A stretch of DNA of 62,841 nt from Clostridiales bacterium DTU073 (GTDB lineage Bacteria; Bacillota; Peptococcia; DRI-13; DTU073). Shown piece by piece: positions 1 to 9,636 of the stretch (the first letter of the stretch is position 1; every line of letters begins with the position of its first letter). The notes below the pieces were generated by a model. It was not told the origin of the DNA and did not search any database. It saw nothing but the letters and a program-made list of their open reading frames with translations. The translations under genes were made by a program, and so were the position numbers. Location: NCBI GenBank assembly GCA_001512665.1, contig LFSF01000038.1:104793-167633 (forward strand), read 5' to 3'.

Positions 1-360
1 AATGAAGGAATGATGGTCGTATTTTCACGTGATATACCATTATTGGTAAGCCAGACCATTAAAGAACAAATTGAACAATTTATTGGAGCATATCAGCTAA
101 CGCTTTCTGATATTACTCGTTTTATCACACATCCGGGAGGAACAAAGGTATTACAGGCATATGAAAAAGCCTTAAATCTTAAAAGCAATGACCTGGCTTT
201 AGCTAGAGATGTACTTAAAAATCATGGTAATATGTCTTCTTGTACGGTCTTATATATCTTGGAACGTGAATTACAGAATATTCATGAGACGGGGGAATAT
301 GGGATCGTGCTGGCTCTTGGACCCGGTTTTTCCTGTGAGCAGGTGTTGTTACAATGGTGA
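1..360 (+). CDS. bpsA: Type III polyketide synthase (chalcone-synthase-like), C-terminal part; 5' end lies outside the window
   Basis: Frame is open from base 1; HPGG, GNMSS and GPGFS motifs of type III PKS; followed by an ICMT-family gene as in Bacillus bpsA-bpsB. Confidence 0.85.
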   Translation, partial: NEGMMVVFSRDIPLLVSQTIKEQIEQFIGAYQLTLSDITRFITHPGGTKVLQAYEKALNLKSNDLALARDVLKNHGNMSSCTVLYILERELQNIHETGEYGIVLALGPGFSCEQVLLQW

Positions 361-893
361 CCTGGTTTACAGTAATAATAACCTTTGTAATCATCCAACG
401 CATTGTGGAATTAGTTATAGCTGAGAGAAATACTAAATATGCTAAATCCCTGGGAGGTTATGAAATCGGGAAAAAACACTATCCGTTAATGGTTCTCTTA
501 CATCTAACCTTTTTTATTTGTTTAATTATGGAGACTATTATGAGAGGGAATTGGCAAATAAAGCCTGTCTCCATTTTTTTAATCTGTTTCTTAATAGCCC
601 AAATTTTAAGATTTTGGGTTTTAGCCAGTTTAGGGAAAATGTGGAACACAAGAATTATTATTATCCCAAATAGCAAACCTGTTACTAGTGGTCCTTATCG
701 CTATTTTAAACATCCTAATTATTTAATTGTAATTATAGAAATTGCTACCTTACCGCTTTCTTTTGGAGCGTTAGGAACAGCAATTATCTTTAGTGTGCTT
801 AATCTAATTATGCTGAAAAAAAGAGTAAGAGCAGAGGAGGAGGGGTTATCACAAATTCCTGCTTTTAGAGAGCATTTTGCATTAAAATTTTAA
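354..893 (+). CDS. bpsB: Isoprenylcysteine carboxyl methyltransferase family membrane protein (BpsB-like)
   Basis: Hydrophobic; WNTRII and GPYRYFKHPNY motifs; overlaps the PKS stop. Confidence 0.85.
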   Translation: MVTWFTVIITFVIIQRIVELVIAERNTKYAKSLGGYEIGKKHYPLMVLLHLTFFICLIMETIMRGNWQIKPVSIFLICFLIAQILRFWVLASLGKMWNTRIIIIPNSKPVTSGPYRYFKHPNYLIVIIEIATLPLSFGALGTAIIFSVLNLIMLKKRVRAEEEGLSQIPAFREHFALKF

Positions 894-990
894 TTGAAAA
901 CAAGGATTTTCAAATATTTACTATTAATAATCTATCGTAATAATAAAAACAATATATTTAAGTAGTATAAATTTTTCAAGGAGGACTTTA

Positions 991-1353
991 ATGTTTAAGA
1001 TATCTACTGACGAAAAAAAGAGTAATAATAAACAGCAAACTGCTTATGTAGGAGAGGGTGTTAGTATTACACCAATGCCGGTAACAATGATGGAAACAGT
1101 AACGATAGAATATGACGGATTATTATCACAAAATAATACAGATAACATTTATCTTCATGTTGGTCATGGACTCAGTGATTACTGGACAAATGTTCAGGAT
1201 ATACCGATGAAAAAAACAAATAATGTTTGGAGTGCTAGTATAATTCCTTCAGATTCACGCTTGAATTTTTGTTTTCATGATGGTGCTAATAATTGGGATA
1301 ATAATAATGGACATAATTGGAGTCTCACAGTCCATAATGGAAAACAAATATAA
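991..1353 (+). CDS. Stand-alone starch/carbohydrate-binding module protein (CBM25/CBM53-like)
   Basis: YLHVG..W, FCFHDG.NNWDNNNGHNW motif; GGAGG RBS. Confidence 0.75.
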   Translation: MFKISTDEKKSNNKQQTAYVGEGVSITPMPVTMMETVTIEYDGLLSQNNTDNIYLHVGHGLSDYWTNVQDIPMKKTNNVWSASIIPSDSRLNFCFHDGANNWDNNNGHNWSLTVHNGKQI

Positions 1354-1380
1354 ATTATTCGCTTTTATATTATAAAGCAA

Positions 1381-1418
1381 AGAGACTAGGGGGTTTTTAC
1401 AAAACACCCAAAGTCTCT
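1381..1418 (+). terminator. Probable intrinsic terminator hairpin
   Basis: AGAGACT...AGTCTCT outer stem with an imperfect inner stem, followed by a T-rich tract. Confidence 0.5.
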
Positions 1419-1566
1419 ATTATTTTGCTCATTACTCGACAATTTTTTACTATTTATCAATAGTTTAGCTTGTGGTTAGTGGAAGAAAGTGTTAAGATAT
1501 TGAACAAGATTATTTTTTAAAAAAGTTCATAAATAATAGATTTGTTAATAGAGGAGGAAGGAAATA

Positions 1567-2589
1567 ATGGAAAATACAGAAAAGGAGAGTTTTTTACGGA
1601 GAAAAAACATCATATTTTCGTTAAAACGTTATGGTATTGATGCATTAGGAGCAATGGCTCTTGGTCTGTTTGCTTCTTTGATTGTTGGATTGATTCTTGA
1701 AGTATTGGGTGAACAATTAGGGCTTCCCTTTTTAATTGAGTGTGGCTCAAAAGCAAAAGCCATGATGGGGCCGGCTATTGGAGTTGCTGTTGCACATGGA
1801 TTACAGGCTCCCCCATTAGTACTTTTTGCTTCAACTATTACCGGAATGGTAGGGGCAGAACTTGGTGGACCTGCCGGTTGTTTTGTCGCAGCTGTTATAG
1901 GTACGGAATTTGGTAAAATAGTTTCCAAAGAAACTAAAGTTGATATTATCGTAACACCGGTTGTCACAATTATCACCGGTGTAGCAACCGGTATTTTTAT
2001 TGGTCCTGCGATTAATTCTTTTATGGTTTGGTTAGGAGCAGTGATCATGAGTGCTACTGAATTAAGACCTATTCCCATGGGTATTTTAGTATCTGCAATT
2101 ATGGGACTAGCTTTGACTGCACCAATATCTAGTGCCGCCTTGGCCATTATGCTAAACTTAGGTGGAGTTGCCGCCGGTGCAGCAACAGTTGGCTGCTGTG
2201 CCCAAATGGTTGGTTTTGCCGTGGCCAGCTACAGAGAAAACGGCTGGGGAGGTCTAATTTCACAAGGTCTAGGTACATCAATGCTTCAAGTTCCTAATAT
2301 TATTAAACATCCGCTAATTTTAATACCGCCAACTTTAACAAGTATGATTTTAGGACCACTAGCTACTACTGTTTTAGTCATGGAGAATATTCCGGCAGGC
2401 GCAGGAATGGGAACCAGTGGTTTGGTTGGTCAATTTGGTACAATCGAAGCTATGGGAGCAACTACAGATGTCTTTATTAAAATGGGATTATTACATTTTG
2501 TACTTCCGATAATAATCACTTTAATTATTTCTGAATTTATGCGGAAAAAAGGATGGATTAAGTTTGGCGATATGAAATTAGACATCTAA
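1567..2589 (+). CDS. Orphan PTS EIIC-like (PfoR/PfoS-type) membrane transporter
   Basis: Multi-TM, Gly/Ala-rich; GLGTSMLQVPNI and GAGMGTSGLVG motifs; no IIA/IIB partner adjacent. Confidence 0.8.
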   Translation: MENTEKESFLRRKNIIFSLKRYGIDALGAMALGLFASLIVGLILEVLGEQLGLPFLIECGSKAKAMMGPAIGVAVAHGLQAPPLVLFASTITGMVGAELGGPAGCFVAAVIGTEFGKIVSKETKVDIIVTPVVTIITGVATGIFIGPAINSFMVWLGAVIMSATELRPIPMGILVSAIMGLALTAPISSAALAIMLNLGGVAAGAATVGCCAQMVGFAVASYRENGWGGLISQGLGTSMLQVPNIIKHPLILIPPTLTSMILGPLATTVLVMENIPAGAGMGTSGLVGQFGTIEAMGATTDVFIKMGLLHFVLPIIITLIISEFMRKKGWIKFGDMKLDI

Positions 2590-2598
2590 ATTATCGTT

Positions 2599-3480
2599 TT
2601 ATGGCACAAATACCTTGATCTTTTTTTGCAGAAATTTTATTTTTACAGGTAAAGAGGGACCTTTTTCTCCATCCACACTTAAAATTACATCATCAGGCCC
2701 TTCAATAAAACATTCTTTAGCTTTTAAGCGTAAAGCATGTTTAGTATTAAGTGATTCTTGACTTAGAGCTCGAAAGAATAAACTAGCAAGATCAATATGA
2801 TAACAGTTTTTAATAATAACCATATCCATCAGACCATCGGAAATATCGGCATCTTTAATCAAATTTGTAAACCCTCCTCCTTGAGTACCGTTGAGGATAC
2901 AGAAGAGGAGGCCTTTGACATTAATACACTCAGTTTCCGTTGTGATTTTTAAAGGGAAAGGTTTTTTATGGGCCACTTCCCCTAGTGCTTTTAAATAATA
3001 GGCAAGGGGGCCGAAATTACGCTTTAATTCATCCTGTGTATTAAAGGAAACATCAACAAAAAGACCACCGGCACACGTATTTAAAAAATAAAGTTCATCA
3101 TTAATTATTCCCAGATCAACGTCTAAGGTTTTACCGGTAAAAATAGTATTGAGACAATCAACTAATTTATTAGGGATTCGTAGACTATTAGCAAAATCAT
3201 TACATGTTCCGGCAGGAATAACCCCAATTGGCATATTATAATTATTTTTTAAGAGAAAATTAACCGTGGTATTTAACGTGCCATCACCACCGGATATAAT
3301 AACATAATCAAAATTATTTAATTCCAGTGTTGCTAAAAACTTATCATTGGAATTTTTAGCAATTCTATAAGGAAATAAACAAACATCATTTTCTTGAGCT
3401 GTTTTTAAAATTAAATCAAGCCGCTGAAGAATACGAGAACCACCAGAATTAGGATTATAAACGAATAAGGCTTTTTTCAT
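2599..3480 (-). CDS. YegS/BmrU/DgkB-family lipid (diacylglycerol) kinase
   Basis: NPNSG, GGDGT, PAGTCNDFA and DGE motifs. Confidence 0.9.
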   Translation of the reverse strand: MKKALFVYNPNSGGSRILQRLDLILKTAQENDVCLFPYRIAKNSNDKFLATLELNNFDYVIISGGDGTLNTTVNFLLKNNYNMPIGVIPAGTCNDFANSLRIPNKLVDCLNTIFTGKTLDVDLGIINDELYFLNTCAGGLFVDVSFNTQDELKRNFGPLAYYLKALGEVAHKKPFPLKITTETECINVKGLLFCILNGTQGGGFTNLIKDADISDGLMDMVIIKNCYHIDLASLFFRALSQESLNTKHALRLKAKECFIEGPDDVILSVDGEKGPSLPVKIKFLQKKIKVFVP

Positions 3481-3751
3481 TTAAATTAACCTCCGAATAT
3501 TTTCCGAGTATTTCCTGTTATCACAATTATATCTTATAAAACTGTTCAAAGCTAATCTTGTTATAAAAAAACAAGGTATAAACACCTTAGGTATATAATT
3601 TTAATCGATTGTAGGGCATTTTAAGAGGTCGTTTTTTAGCCGATATTTTAGTCGATATAAAAAAGCAGTATAATGCAGTACTATTTTATATATTTTAAAT
3701 CTTGATAAAGAGGAAAGAGGTTATCCCGAAAAATTGCGTTAAAATTTTCTT

Positions 3752-3779
3752 AGTTTACATAATACCTATTATCGGAAGT
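3752..3779 (-). other. dif: Chromosomal dif site (Xer recombination site)
   Basis: Reverse strand reads ACTTCCGATAA-TAGGTA-TTATGTAAACT; the XerD-side arm matches the B. subtilis dif as I recall it (ACTTCCTAGAA-TATATA-TTATGTAAACT); intergenic; gene strand bias flips here. Confidence 0.85.
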
Positions 3780-3863
3780 GAAAATAAAACAATTTTTCAC
3801 TAATTTGAGAGAGTTGATACTGCCCAAACAAATTACGAATCAATAACGGCTTCAGAAAATAAC

Positions 3864-4625
3864 TTATATTAATTGCTTGCGCTGATTAAAAAAAGTCCGA
3901 TAAGCCAAAAAGCAAGCCGTAAATGAAGCAATTGCCGTGGTTGAAAGCATCATAAAAGTCACCATGAGTTGATATCTGATTGCCATTATTGGTGAAACTC
4001 CTGCTAAAATCAAACCTGTCATCATCCCTGGTAAGGCAACTATGCCTAAAGTCTTGGCTGAATCAATGGTAGGCAACATCCCTGTCCGAATAGAATCTTT
4101 AAGTATTTCTATAGATGCCGGTAAAATATCTGCGCCAAGCGCTAGTTTTGTTTCAACCTCTTCCCTTTTATCCATAAAATCTGTCGATAACCGTCGATAA
4201 CACAAACCTAATGCCACCATGGCATTACTAATGATCATTCCTCCTATAGGAATAATTTGAAACGGCTCATAGTGAATAGCCCCGGAGAATAACAGAATTG
4301 ATAAGGTAATTATTGTGCCGGCGGCAATCGCCACAAAGGAAATTAATAACCCCCTTTTGATATTTTGGCCTCTTTTGGTCGCATTATAAGCTGCATTAAA
4401 AGTCATAATCATCAGTAGCCCTGTCGTAAAAACAGGGTTTTTTTGACCAAAAATATATTCCAAAATATAGCCGACGAGAACCAGTTGAATTATGGCCCTC
4501 CCCACACTAATGATAGTCTCCTTTTCCAATCCTAATTTTTGGTAATAAGAAAACAGAAGAGAGATGGCTACTAATGATGAGGCGATTAATAATGAAGAAA
4601 TACTAATTGTTGTTCCTGGATTCAT
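3864..4625 (-). CDS. fetB: ABC transporter permease FetB/YbbM (UPF0014)
   Basis: RAIIQL, IIPIGGMIISNAM and LPGMMTGLILAG motifs. Confidence 0.9.
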   Translation of the reverse strand: MNPGTTISISSLLIASSLVAISLLFSYYQKLGLEKETIISVGRAIIQLVLVGYILEYIFGQKNPVFTTGLLMIMTFNAAYNATKRGQNIKRGLLISFVAIAAGTIITLSILLFSGAIHYEPFQIIPIGGMIISNAMVALGLCYRRLSTDFMDKREEVETKLALGADILPASIEILKDSIRTGMLPTIDSAKTLGIVALPGMMTGLILAGVSPIMAIRYQLMVTFMMLSTTAIASFTACFLAYRTFFNQRKQLI

Positions 4626-5278
4626 TTTAAGACCTCCCTTGTTTTGATTTTACCCTGCTCCAATGATAATAAAATATTGGCATATTTTCTACTTTGTTCA
4701 GGACTATGCGTTACCCATAAAATCGTCATTCCTGTTTGATTTAACGTGTAAATTTCTTTTTCTACAAGTTCGGTATTAGCTACATCCAAAGCCGAAGTTA
4801 CTTCATCCAACAATAGAATTTCCGGTTTGAATAATAATGTTCTAATCAGAGCTATTCTCTGTTTTTCACCTCCGGAAAGACTTTGTACCCTATTTTTAAG
4901 GATTTTCCCATCAAGATTAAATCTGGATAATAATGTTTGTACTCTGGCTAAGTCAATTTTCTGCTTTCTGATTAAATACGGAAAAGAGAAATTGTCCTCT
5001 ACTGTCTCTCCGAAAAGATAAGGTGTCTGTGCACAATAGGCAATTCTTCTCCTTAAATCTAAAGGATTATATTGTTTAATATCTTTACCTTTAAAAAGAA
5101 TTTTCCCTTGCGTAGGACTTAGTAAATGGCAACAAAGTTTTAATATTGTACTTTTCCCGCTACCGGAAGGTCCTACTAAAGATATAAAATCACCTGCAGC
5201 AACTTTTAAGGATATTTCTTGGAGGATTAATTTCTTCTCATTTTGGTATGATACTTTTTGCATTTCTAGCAAAGACAA
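4622..5278 (-). CDS. fetA: ABC transporter ATP-binding protein FetA/YbbL
   Basis: Walker A GPSGSGKS, LSGGEKQR signature, DEVTSALD; overlaps fetB by 4 nt; TTG at 5278 is well spaced from GAGG (alternative GTG at 5287). Confidence 0.85.
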   Translation of the reverse strand: MSLLEMQKVSYQNEKKLILQEISLKVAAGDFISLVGPSGSGKSTILKLCCHLLSPTQGKILFKGKDIKQYNPLDLRRRIAYCAQTPYLFGETVEDNFSFPYLIRKQKIDLARVQTLLSRFNLDGKILKNRVQSLSGGEKQRIALIRTLLFKPEILLLDEVTSALDVANTELVEKEIYTLNQTGMTILWVTHSPEQSRKYANILLSLEQGKIKTREVLK

Positions 5279-5305
5279 TTTGCCCACCTCTGAATTTCCG
5301 CTGTT

Positions 5306-5333
5306 AAAAAGCTATCGTCTTTTAGACGATAGC
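5306..5333 (-). terminator. Intrinsic terminator between the Cys-rich ORF and fetA
   Basis: Perfect 10-bp stem GCTATCGTCT/AGACGATAGC followed by a T5 tract on the - strand. Confidence 0.7.
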
Positions 5334-5370
5334 ATAATTTTTATGGCCAGGTTTATTTTATTGCTTTGAT

Positions 5371-5556
5371 TTATTTGTATACTGTAGCTTTCTCCGGATC
5401 AGTAATAATATCCGTAATTTTTATAGCGCGATAATCACCTTCGTCAAGACATTCACAGCAATTATCACAGATTTTAGTTGAATCTAAGTCACAATAGTTA
5501 CATTCACTACAGTTATCACATAATTTATTTTCATCCAGCACGCATAATTTAGGCAT
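5371..5556 (-). CDS. Small Cys-rich hypothetical protein (9 Cys, internal repeat)
   Basis: GGAG RBS; C-x-LD-x2-K-x-CDNC-x-EC unit occurs twice. Confidence 0.7.
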   Translation of the reverse strand: MPKLCVLDENKLCDNCSECNYCDLDSTKICDNCCECLDEGDYRAIKITDIITDPEKATVYK

Positions 5557-5585
5557 CTGATTTACTCCATTTCGATTAATTATTA

Positions 5586-5995
5586 TTAATTTCGGTCGTC
5601 TCGTATTATTTCTTCTTTACAATGATTTGTTGAACGTTCATCATTATTAGATCTCAATTTAATTGCAGTTTGATGTTGTTCTGCAAGTGGCTTTCGCGTC
5701 TCAATTTCAGAATCTACCAATTTATTTTTTCTATCATTTAAAACATTCGTTAGCAACTTCGTATCTCTTAATTTCCTATTTATTATTATTTTTTGTGCTT
5801 GCAATAAAAAATAGTAATACATCGGATTTTTTAGCCTAAATTGCATTTCTATATTATCCAAAGTTGCATCCAAATTTTTTTCAAAATCTTGAAAAAACGA
5901 TCAAAAATTTTTTCTAACTTATCTACAGTCTTATTAAGGGTGTTATATGCAGCAATATCTGCTTTTACAATTGCTTTCTTCAGGAAATTCTTCAT
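5586..5995 (-). pseudogene. Hypothetical gene apparently frameshifted at an A7 tract (5875-5881)
   Basis: GGAGG RBS and ATG at 5995 open a 48-aa ORF ending at 5849; one extra A would join it to the 5586-5873 ORF. Confidence 0.5.
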
Positions 5996-6049
5996 TTTTA
6001 ATACCTCCCATCAGACTGCAATTGTCTATTATTTTCAGATTATCTTATC

Positions 6050-6376
6050 CTAATTATAACAAATTTTTTTGTCAAAGTATAGCGGAATTTCCAGAACATC
6101 TCCCGGATATATTACGGCAGATGTTTTTCGGTTGTGTTCCAAAATCAAATTTATGTATTGACGAATATCTATTCTATCATTGGTAAACCTTTTTGCAATC
6201 TTCCATAAGGTATCGCCTTCTTCTACAATTACAGCAATATATTCAGTCGGTGTGTGAGCCTCTAAGACTGTAGGTTTCATTTGTAAGACAATCAGACAGA
6301 AAAATAATAAAATAAACATTAAGCTATTTCTTCTTCTTTTTCTCAGCATTTTTCTTTGTTTTCTTTTTTCGTTCAT
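6050..6376 (-). CDS. yneA: LysM-domain SOS cell-division inhibitor, YneA-like
   Basis: N-terminal TM segment, LysM (V.EGDTLWKIA...IYPGDVLEIP); divergent from lexA. Confidence 0.8.
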   Translation of the reverse strand: MNEKRKQRKMLRKRRRNSLMFILLFFCLIVLQMKPTVLEAHTPTEYIAVIVEEGDTLWKIAKRFTNDRIDIRQYINLILEHNRKTSAVIYPGDVLEIPLYFDKKICYN

Positions 6377-6390
6377 GAAAATTCATCTCC

Positions 6391-6471
6391 AAACATTTGT
6401 TCTGGTAATTAGTTTAACAGAACTTTTGTTCGGGGTCAAGTCTTTTAAGAAATTTTTTCGAACGAACGTTT
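6391..6471. promoter_or_regulatory. Three LexA (Cheo/SOS) boxes in the yneA-lexA divergent promoter
   Basis: AAACATTTGTTC (6391-6402), GAACTTTTGTTC (6420-6431), GAACGAACGTTT (6460-6471); Firmicute consensus GAAC-N4-GTTC. Confidence 0.85.
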
Positions 6472-6531
6472 GCAAAGAATTAAAAATTATGGTACAATTT
6501 TCTAAAGGATTAAAAGCGAGGTGTTCGAAAA

Positions 6532-7158
6532 ATGCTGGAAGACATTAAAGACTTAAGTGAGCGACAAAAAGCGATTCTTAAGGTTATTATTGAAGAAACA
6601 ACTTGCAAAGGATATCCTCCTACAGTTCGTGAAATTGGTGATGCTGTCGGCTTAAGTTCCAGTTCAACCGTGCATAATCATTTAAATCAATTAGAGAAAA
6701 AAGGATATATAAAACGAGATCCAACCAAACCCAGAGCAATTGAAGTAGTTAACAATTTCAATAAAATCAATAAGCAATTAATAAATGTACCCGTTGTTGG
6801 ACGTGTTACTGCCGGAAGCCCTATTTTAGCCGTAGAAAATATTGAAGATACCTTCCCCCTCCCTCTCGACTTTACTAATACCGAAGATGTATTTATGCTA
6901 AATATCGTGGGCGATAGTATGATCAAAGCCGGAATTTTAGACGGTGATCTGGTGATTGTCAAAAAGCAAAACACAGCTCAGGACGGAGAAATTGTGGTTG
7001 CTCTTATTGAGGATGAAGCAACTGTGAAACGATTTTATAAAGGCTATAACTATATACGCCTACAGCCGGAAAATGACTATTATTCGCCCATTATTATCAG
7101 AGCCCACCAAGATTTCCGCATTTTAGGTAAAGTTATCGGTCTTGTTCGTAGAATTTGA
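6532..7158 (+). CDS. lexA: SOS repressor LexA
   Basis: [17 protein letters not shown] cleavage site, GDSM catalytic Ser, TVKR Lys. Confidence 0.97.
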   Translation: MLEDIKDLSERQKAILKVIIEETTCKGYPPTVREIGDAVGLSSSSTVHNHLNQLEKKGYIKRDPTKPRAIEVVNNFNKINKQLINVPVVGRVTAGSPILAVENIEDTFPLPLDFTNTEDVFMLNIVGDSMIKAGILDGDLVIVKKQNTAQDGEIVVALIEDEATVKRFYKGYNYIRLQPENDYYSPIIIRAHQDFRILGKVIGLVRRI

Positions 7159-7196
7159 ACAGCTTGCTTGATAAGAAGAAGCAAAATTATGTAGGG

Positions 7197-8291
7197 TTAG
7201 ACCCCATAAGTAGTAATACTTTTATTCTTTTCTTCAAAATGTTCTATCGCCAATTTTACTAATTTAGAAGTAAGTTCATCTAAAGGAATACCCGAATGTT
7301 CCCAGAGTTTTGGATACATACTAATGGAGGTAAAGCCAGGTAATGTATTGATTTCGTTGATAAGAATCTCCTTGGTATCCTTAGTAATAAAGAAATCCAC
7401 CCGAGAAAACCCTGAACAATCAATAGCTTTGAAAGCTACAATCGCCAACTCCTGTATTTTTTTAATTTGTTTTTCTTCTAGCTGCGCAGGAATAATAAAT
7501 CGTGTTTTATCGTTGATATATTTATCCACATAATCATAGAATTCATTACCGGGTATCACCTCACCGGGTAATGAAGTAATGGGTTCATCATTACCCAAAA
7601 CACTAATTTCAAATTCTTGTGCTTCTACCCCTTGCTCTATGATAATCTTGCGATCATAACGAGCAGCCAGGGGTAATGCCTCTTTCAGTTGTTCTCGCGT
7701 AGATGCTTTGGAAATTCCAACACTTGAACCTAAATTAGCCGGTTTAACAAAACAAGGATAGCCAAGCTCAGCTTCTGTTTTCTGAAGTACAGCATGGAGA
7801 TCCTTTTCTATTTCACTGCGTAAAATCGAAAGATAAGGTACCTGAGGTAATCCGGCCTGAGCAAAAAGATTTTTCATGATTACTTTATCCATTCCGGCAG
7901 ATGAAGCCAAGACACCGCCACCTACATAAGGTACATTAGCCAGTTCAAACAAACCCTGAATTGTACCGTCTTCACCAAAAGTACCGTGCAAAACCGGGAA
8001 AAAAACTTGTGCCCGGGAAAGCGGTTTTAAATCAGGTAAAGAATAAATAGTGCCGTTCGCCATGGGATTGGGTAAAATTGTTACTTTGTTTTCCGGAAAT
8101 TCTTCCGGAGTAAATGTTGGTATCTTCTCAATGGGAATAGGACCATACCATTGTCCGTCTTTTGCAATACCTATCGGAAAAACATCATATTTTTTCTTTA
8201 AGCTACGAGCTACAGTATAAGCAGAATTTCTGGAAACCTCATGTTCCCCCGAACGACCGCCAAAAATCAAAGCGACTTGGAACTCGGACAT
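7197..8291 (-). CDS. ddl: D-alanine--D-alanine ligase
   Basis: GGRSGEHEVS, LHGTFGEDG, GSSVG and NEINTLPG motifs. Confidence 0.95.
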   Translation of the reverse strand: MSEFQVALIFGGRSGEHEVSRNSAYTVARSLKKKYDVFPIGIAKDGQWYGPIPIEKIPTFTPEEFPENKVTILPNPMANGTIYSLPDLKPLSRAQVFFPVLHGTFGEDGTIQGLFELANVPYVGGGVLASSAGMDKVIMKNLFAQAGLPQVPYLSILRSEIEKDLHAVLQKTEAELGYPCFVKPANLGSSVGISKASTREQLKEALPLAARYDRKIIIEQGVEAQEFEISVLGNDEPITSLPGEVIPGNEFYDYVDKYINDKTRFIIPAQLEEKQIKKIQELAIVAFKAIDCSGFSRVDFFITKDTKEILINEINTLPGFTSISMYPKLWEHSGIPLDELTSKLVKLAIEHFEEKNKSITTYGV

Positions 8292-8355
8292 AGAACCTCC
8301 CCCACCTTTCTTTAGATAAATTAAATTGATAAATAAGTCTTTTAATAGTAATAGT

Positions 8356-9636
8356 TTATGCTGATTTTGTTTTTCTCATTTCTTCAGCGGCTAAGAGTAA
8401 GCCCGTTTTAATTTGACCAAGAGATAAACCACCTTGCAAATAAATATTATATGGAGGTCTAATCGGACCATCAGCGCTTAACTCAATTGATGACCCTTGA
8501 ATAAAAGTGCCGCCTGCCATCACTACTTCATCTACATAACCCGGTAATAAAGCGGCTTCCGGCTTAACATAAGCATCTAAAGGACAGGCCTTTTGCAGGC
8601 CCTGGCAAAAGGAAAGCATTAACTCCCTACTCCCTAAATTTATGGCTTGAATAATATCGGTGCGCTCTTCATCATATTGAGGAAGTACAGGATATCCCAA
8701 CAACTCAAAAAATTTAGCGGCAAGAACTGCCCCTTGTAAGGCTTCACCCACAATTAACGGAGCAATAAATAATCCTTGATAGGCCGGACGATTGAAATTT
8801 AAACTTGAGCCTACCTCCAAATCAATTCCCGGTGCAGTCAAACGTAAAGCAGCTTTATTGATCAGTTCTTCTTTGCCGGCAAGATAACCTCCGGTTAAAG
8901 CCAATCCACCCCCGGGATTTTTGATTAAAGAACCGGCAATTAGATCTGCCCCTGCTTCTATCGGTTCCTGTGCTTCTACAAATTCGCCATAGCAATTATC
9001 AACCATACAGATAACATGCGGGAAACGATCTTTAACAGATTTAATCGCCCGAGCTAAATCGGCAATCTTAAAAGAAGTTCTCCACTGATAACCTTTGGAA
9101 CGCTGGAAAAAAACCATTTTCGTTTTCCCACTTATACTACTACAAACTTGTTCCAGATCAATTTCTTGTTCTTTAAGCAAAGGGATTTCACGATAATCTA
9201 TCCCATATTGCCTTAAAGAGCCCTCTTCACCTTGTGTTCCAATTACTTTAAGTAACGTATCATAAGGTCGACCTGTGGCCACAATAAGTTCGTCGCCGTT
9301 TTGCAAATTCCCGAATAAACCTAGAGAAATGGCATGAGTCCCAGAGACAATTTGAGCCCGTACTAAAGCCTTTTCCGCTTTAAAAATAGTGGCATAAACC
9401 TTTTCCAGTTTATCCCGACCCTCATCTCCATAGCCGTAACCTGTTGAACCGTTCAAATGAAAATCAGTGATTCTATTCTGTTGAAATGCTCGTAATATTT
9501 TTAACTGATTATTTTCTACACTCTCTTTTATTTTTTGAAAATACGGCTGACAACTGGTGCAAGCAATCTTCATTGTTTCAATAAGTTGCTCATTGATCAG
9601 AAATTCTTTATGTAAACGGTCATAAAATGTATTAAT
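8356..9636 (-). CDS. YnbB-like PLP enzyme (methionine gamma-lyase / aluminium-resistance family); start uncertain, possibly ATT at 9636
   Basis: GYGYGDEGR, VSGTHAI, DNCYGEFVE, GSLIKNPGGG and GSSIELSADGP motifs. Confidence 0.85.
   Translation of the reverse strand: MNTFYDRLHKEFLINEQLIETMKIACTSCQPYFQKIKESVENNQLKILRAFQQNRITDFHLNGSTGYGYGDEGRDKLEKVYATIFKAEKALVRAQIVSGTHAISLGLFGNLQNGDELIVATGRPYDTLLKVIGTQGEEGSLRQYGIDYREIPLLKEQEIDLEQVCSSISGKTKMVFFQRSKGYQWRTSFKIADLARAIKSVKDRFPHVICMVDNCYGEFVEAQEPIEAGADLIAGSLIKNPGGGLALTGGYLAGKEELINKAALRLTAPGIDLEVGSSLNFNRPAYQGLFIAPLIVGEALQGAVLAAKFFELLGYPVLPQYDEERTDIIQAINLGSRELMLSFCQGLQKACPLDAYVKPEAALLPGYVDEVVMAGGTFIQGSSIELSADGPIRPPYNIYLQGGLSLGQIKTGLLLAAEEMRKTKSA

Noticed and set aside
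1629..2147. 172-aa antisense ORF and the many other short antisense ORFs in the track
   Set aside because: Shadows of well-supported genes on the opposite strand; no RBS or motifs.
3540..3750. AT-rich intergenic DNA beside dif, considered as a remnant of an Xer-exploiting element carrying fetAB
   Set aside because: I found no second dif-like site flanking fetAB and no replication or phage genes.
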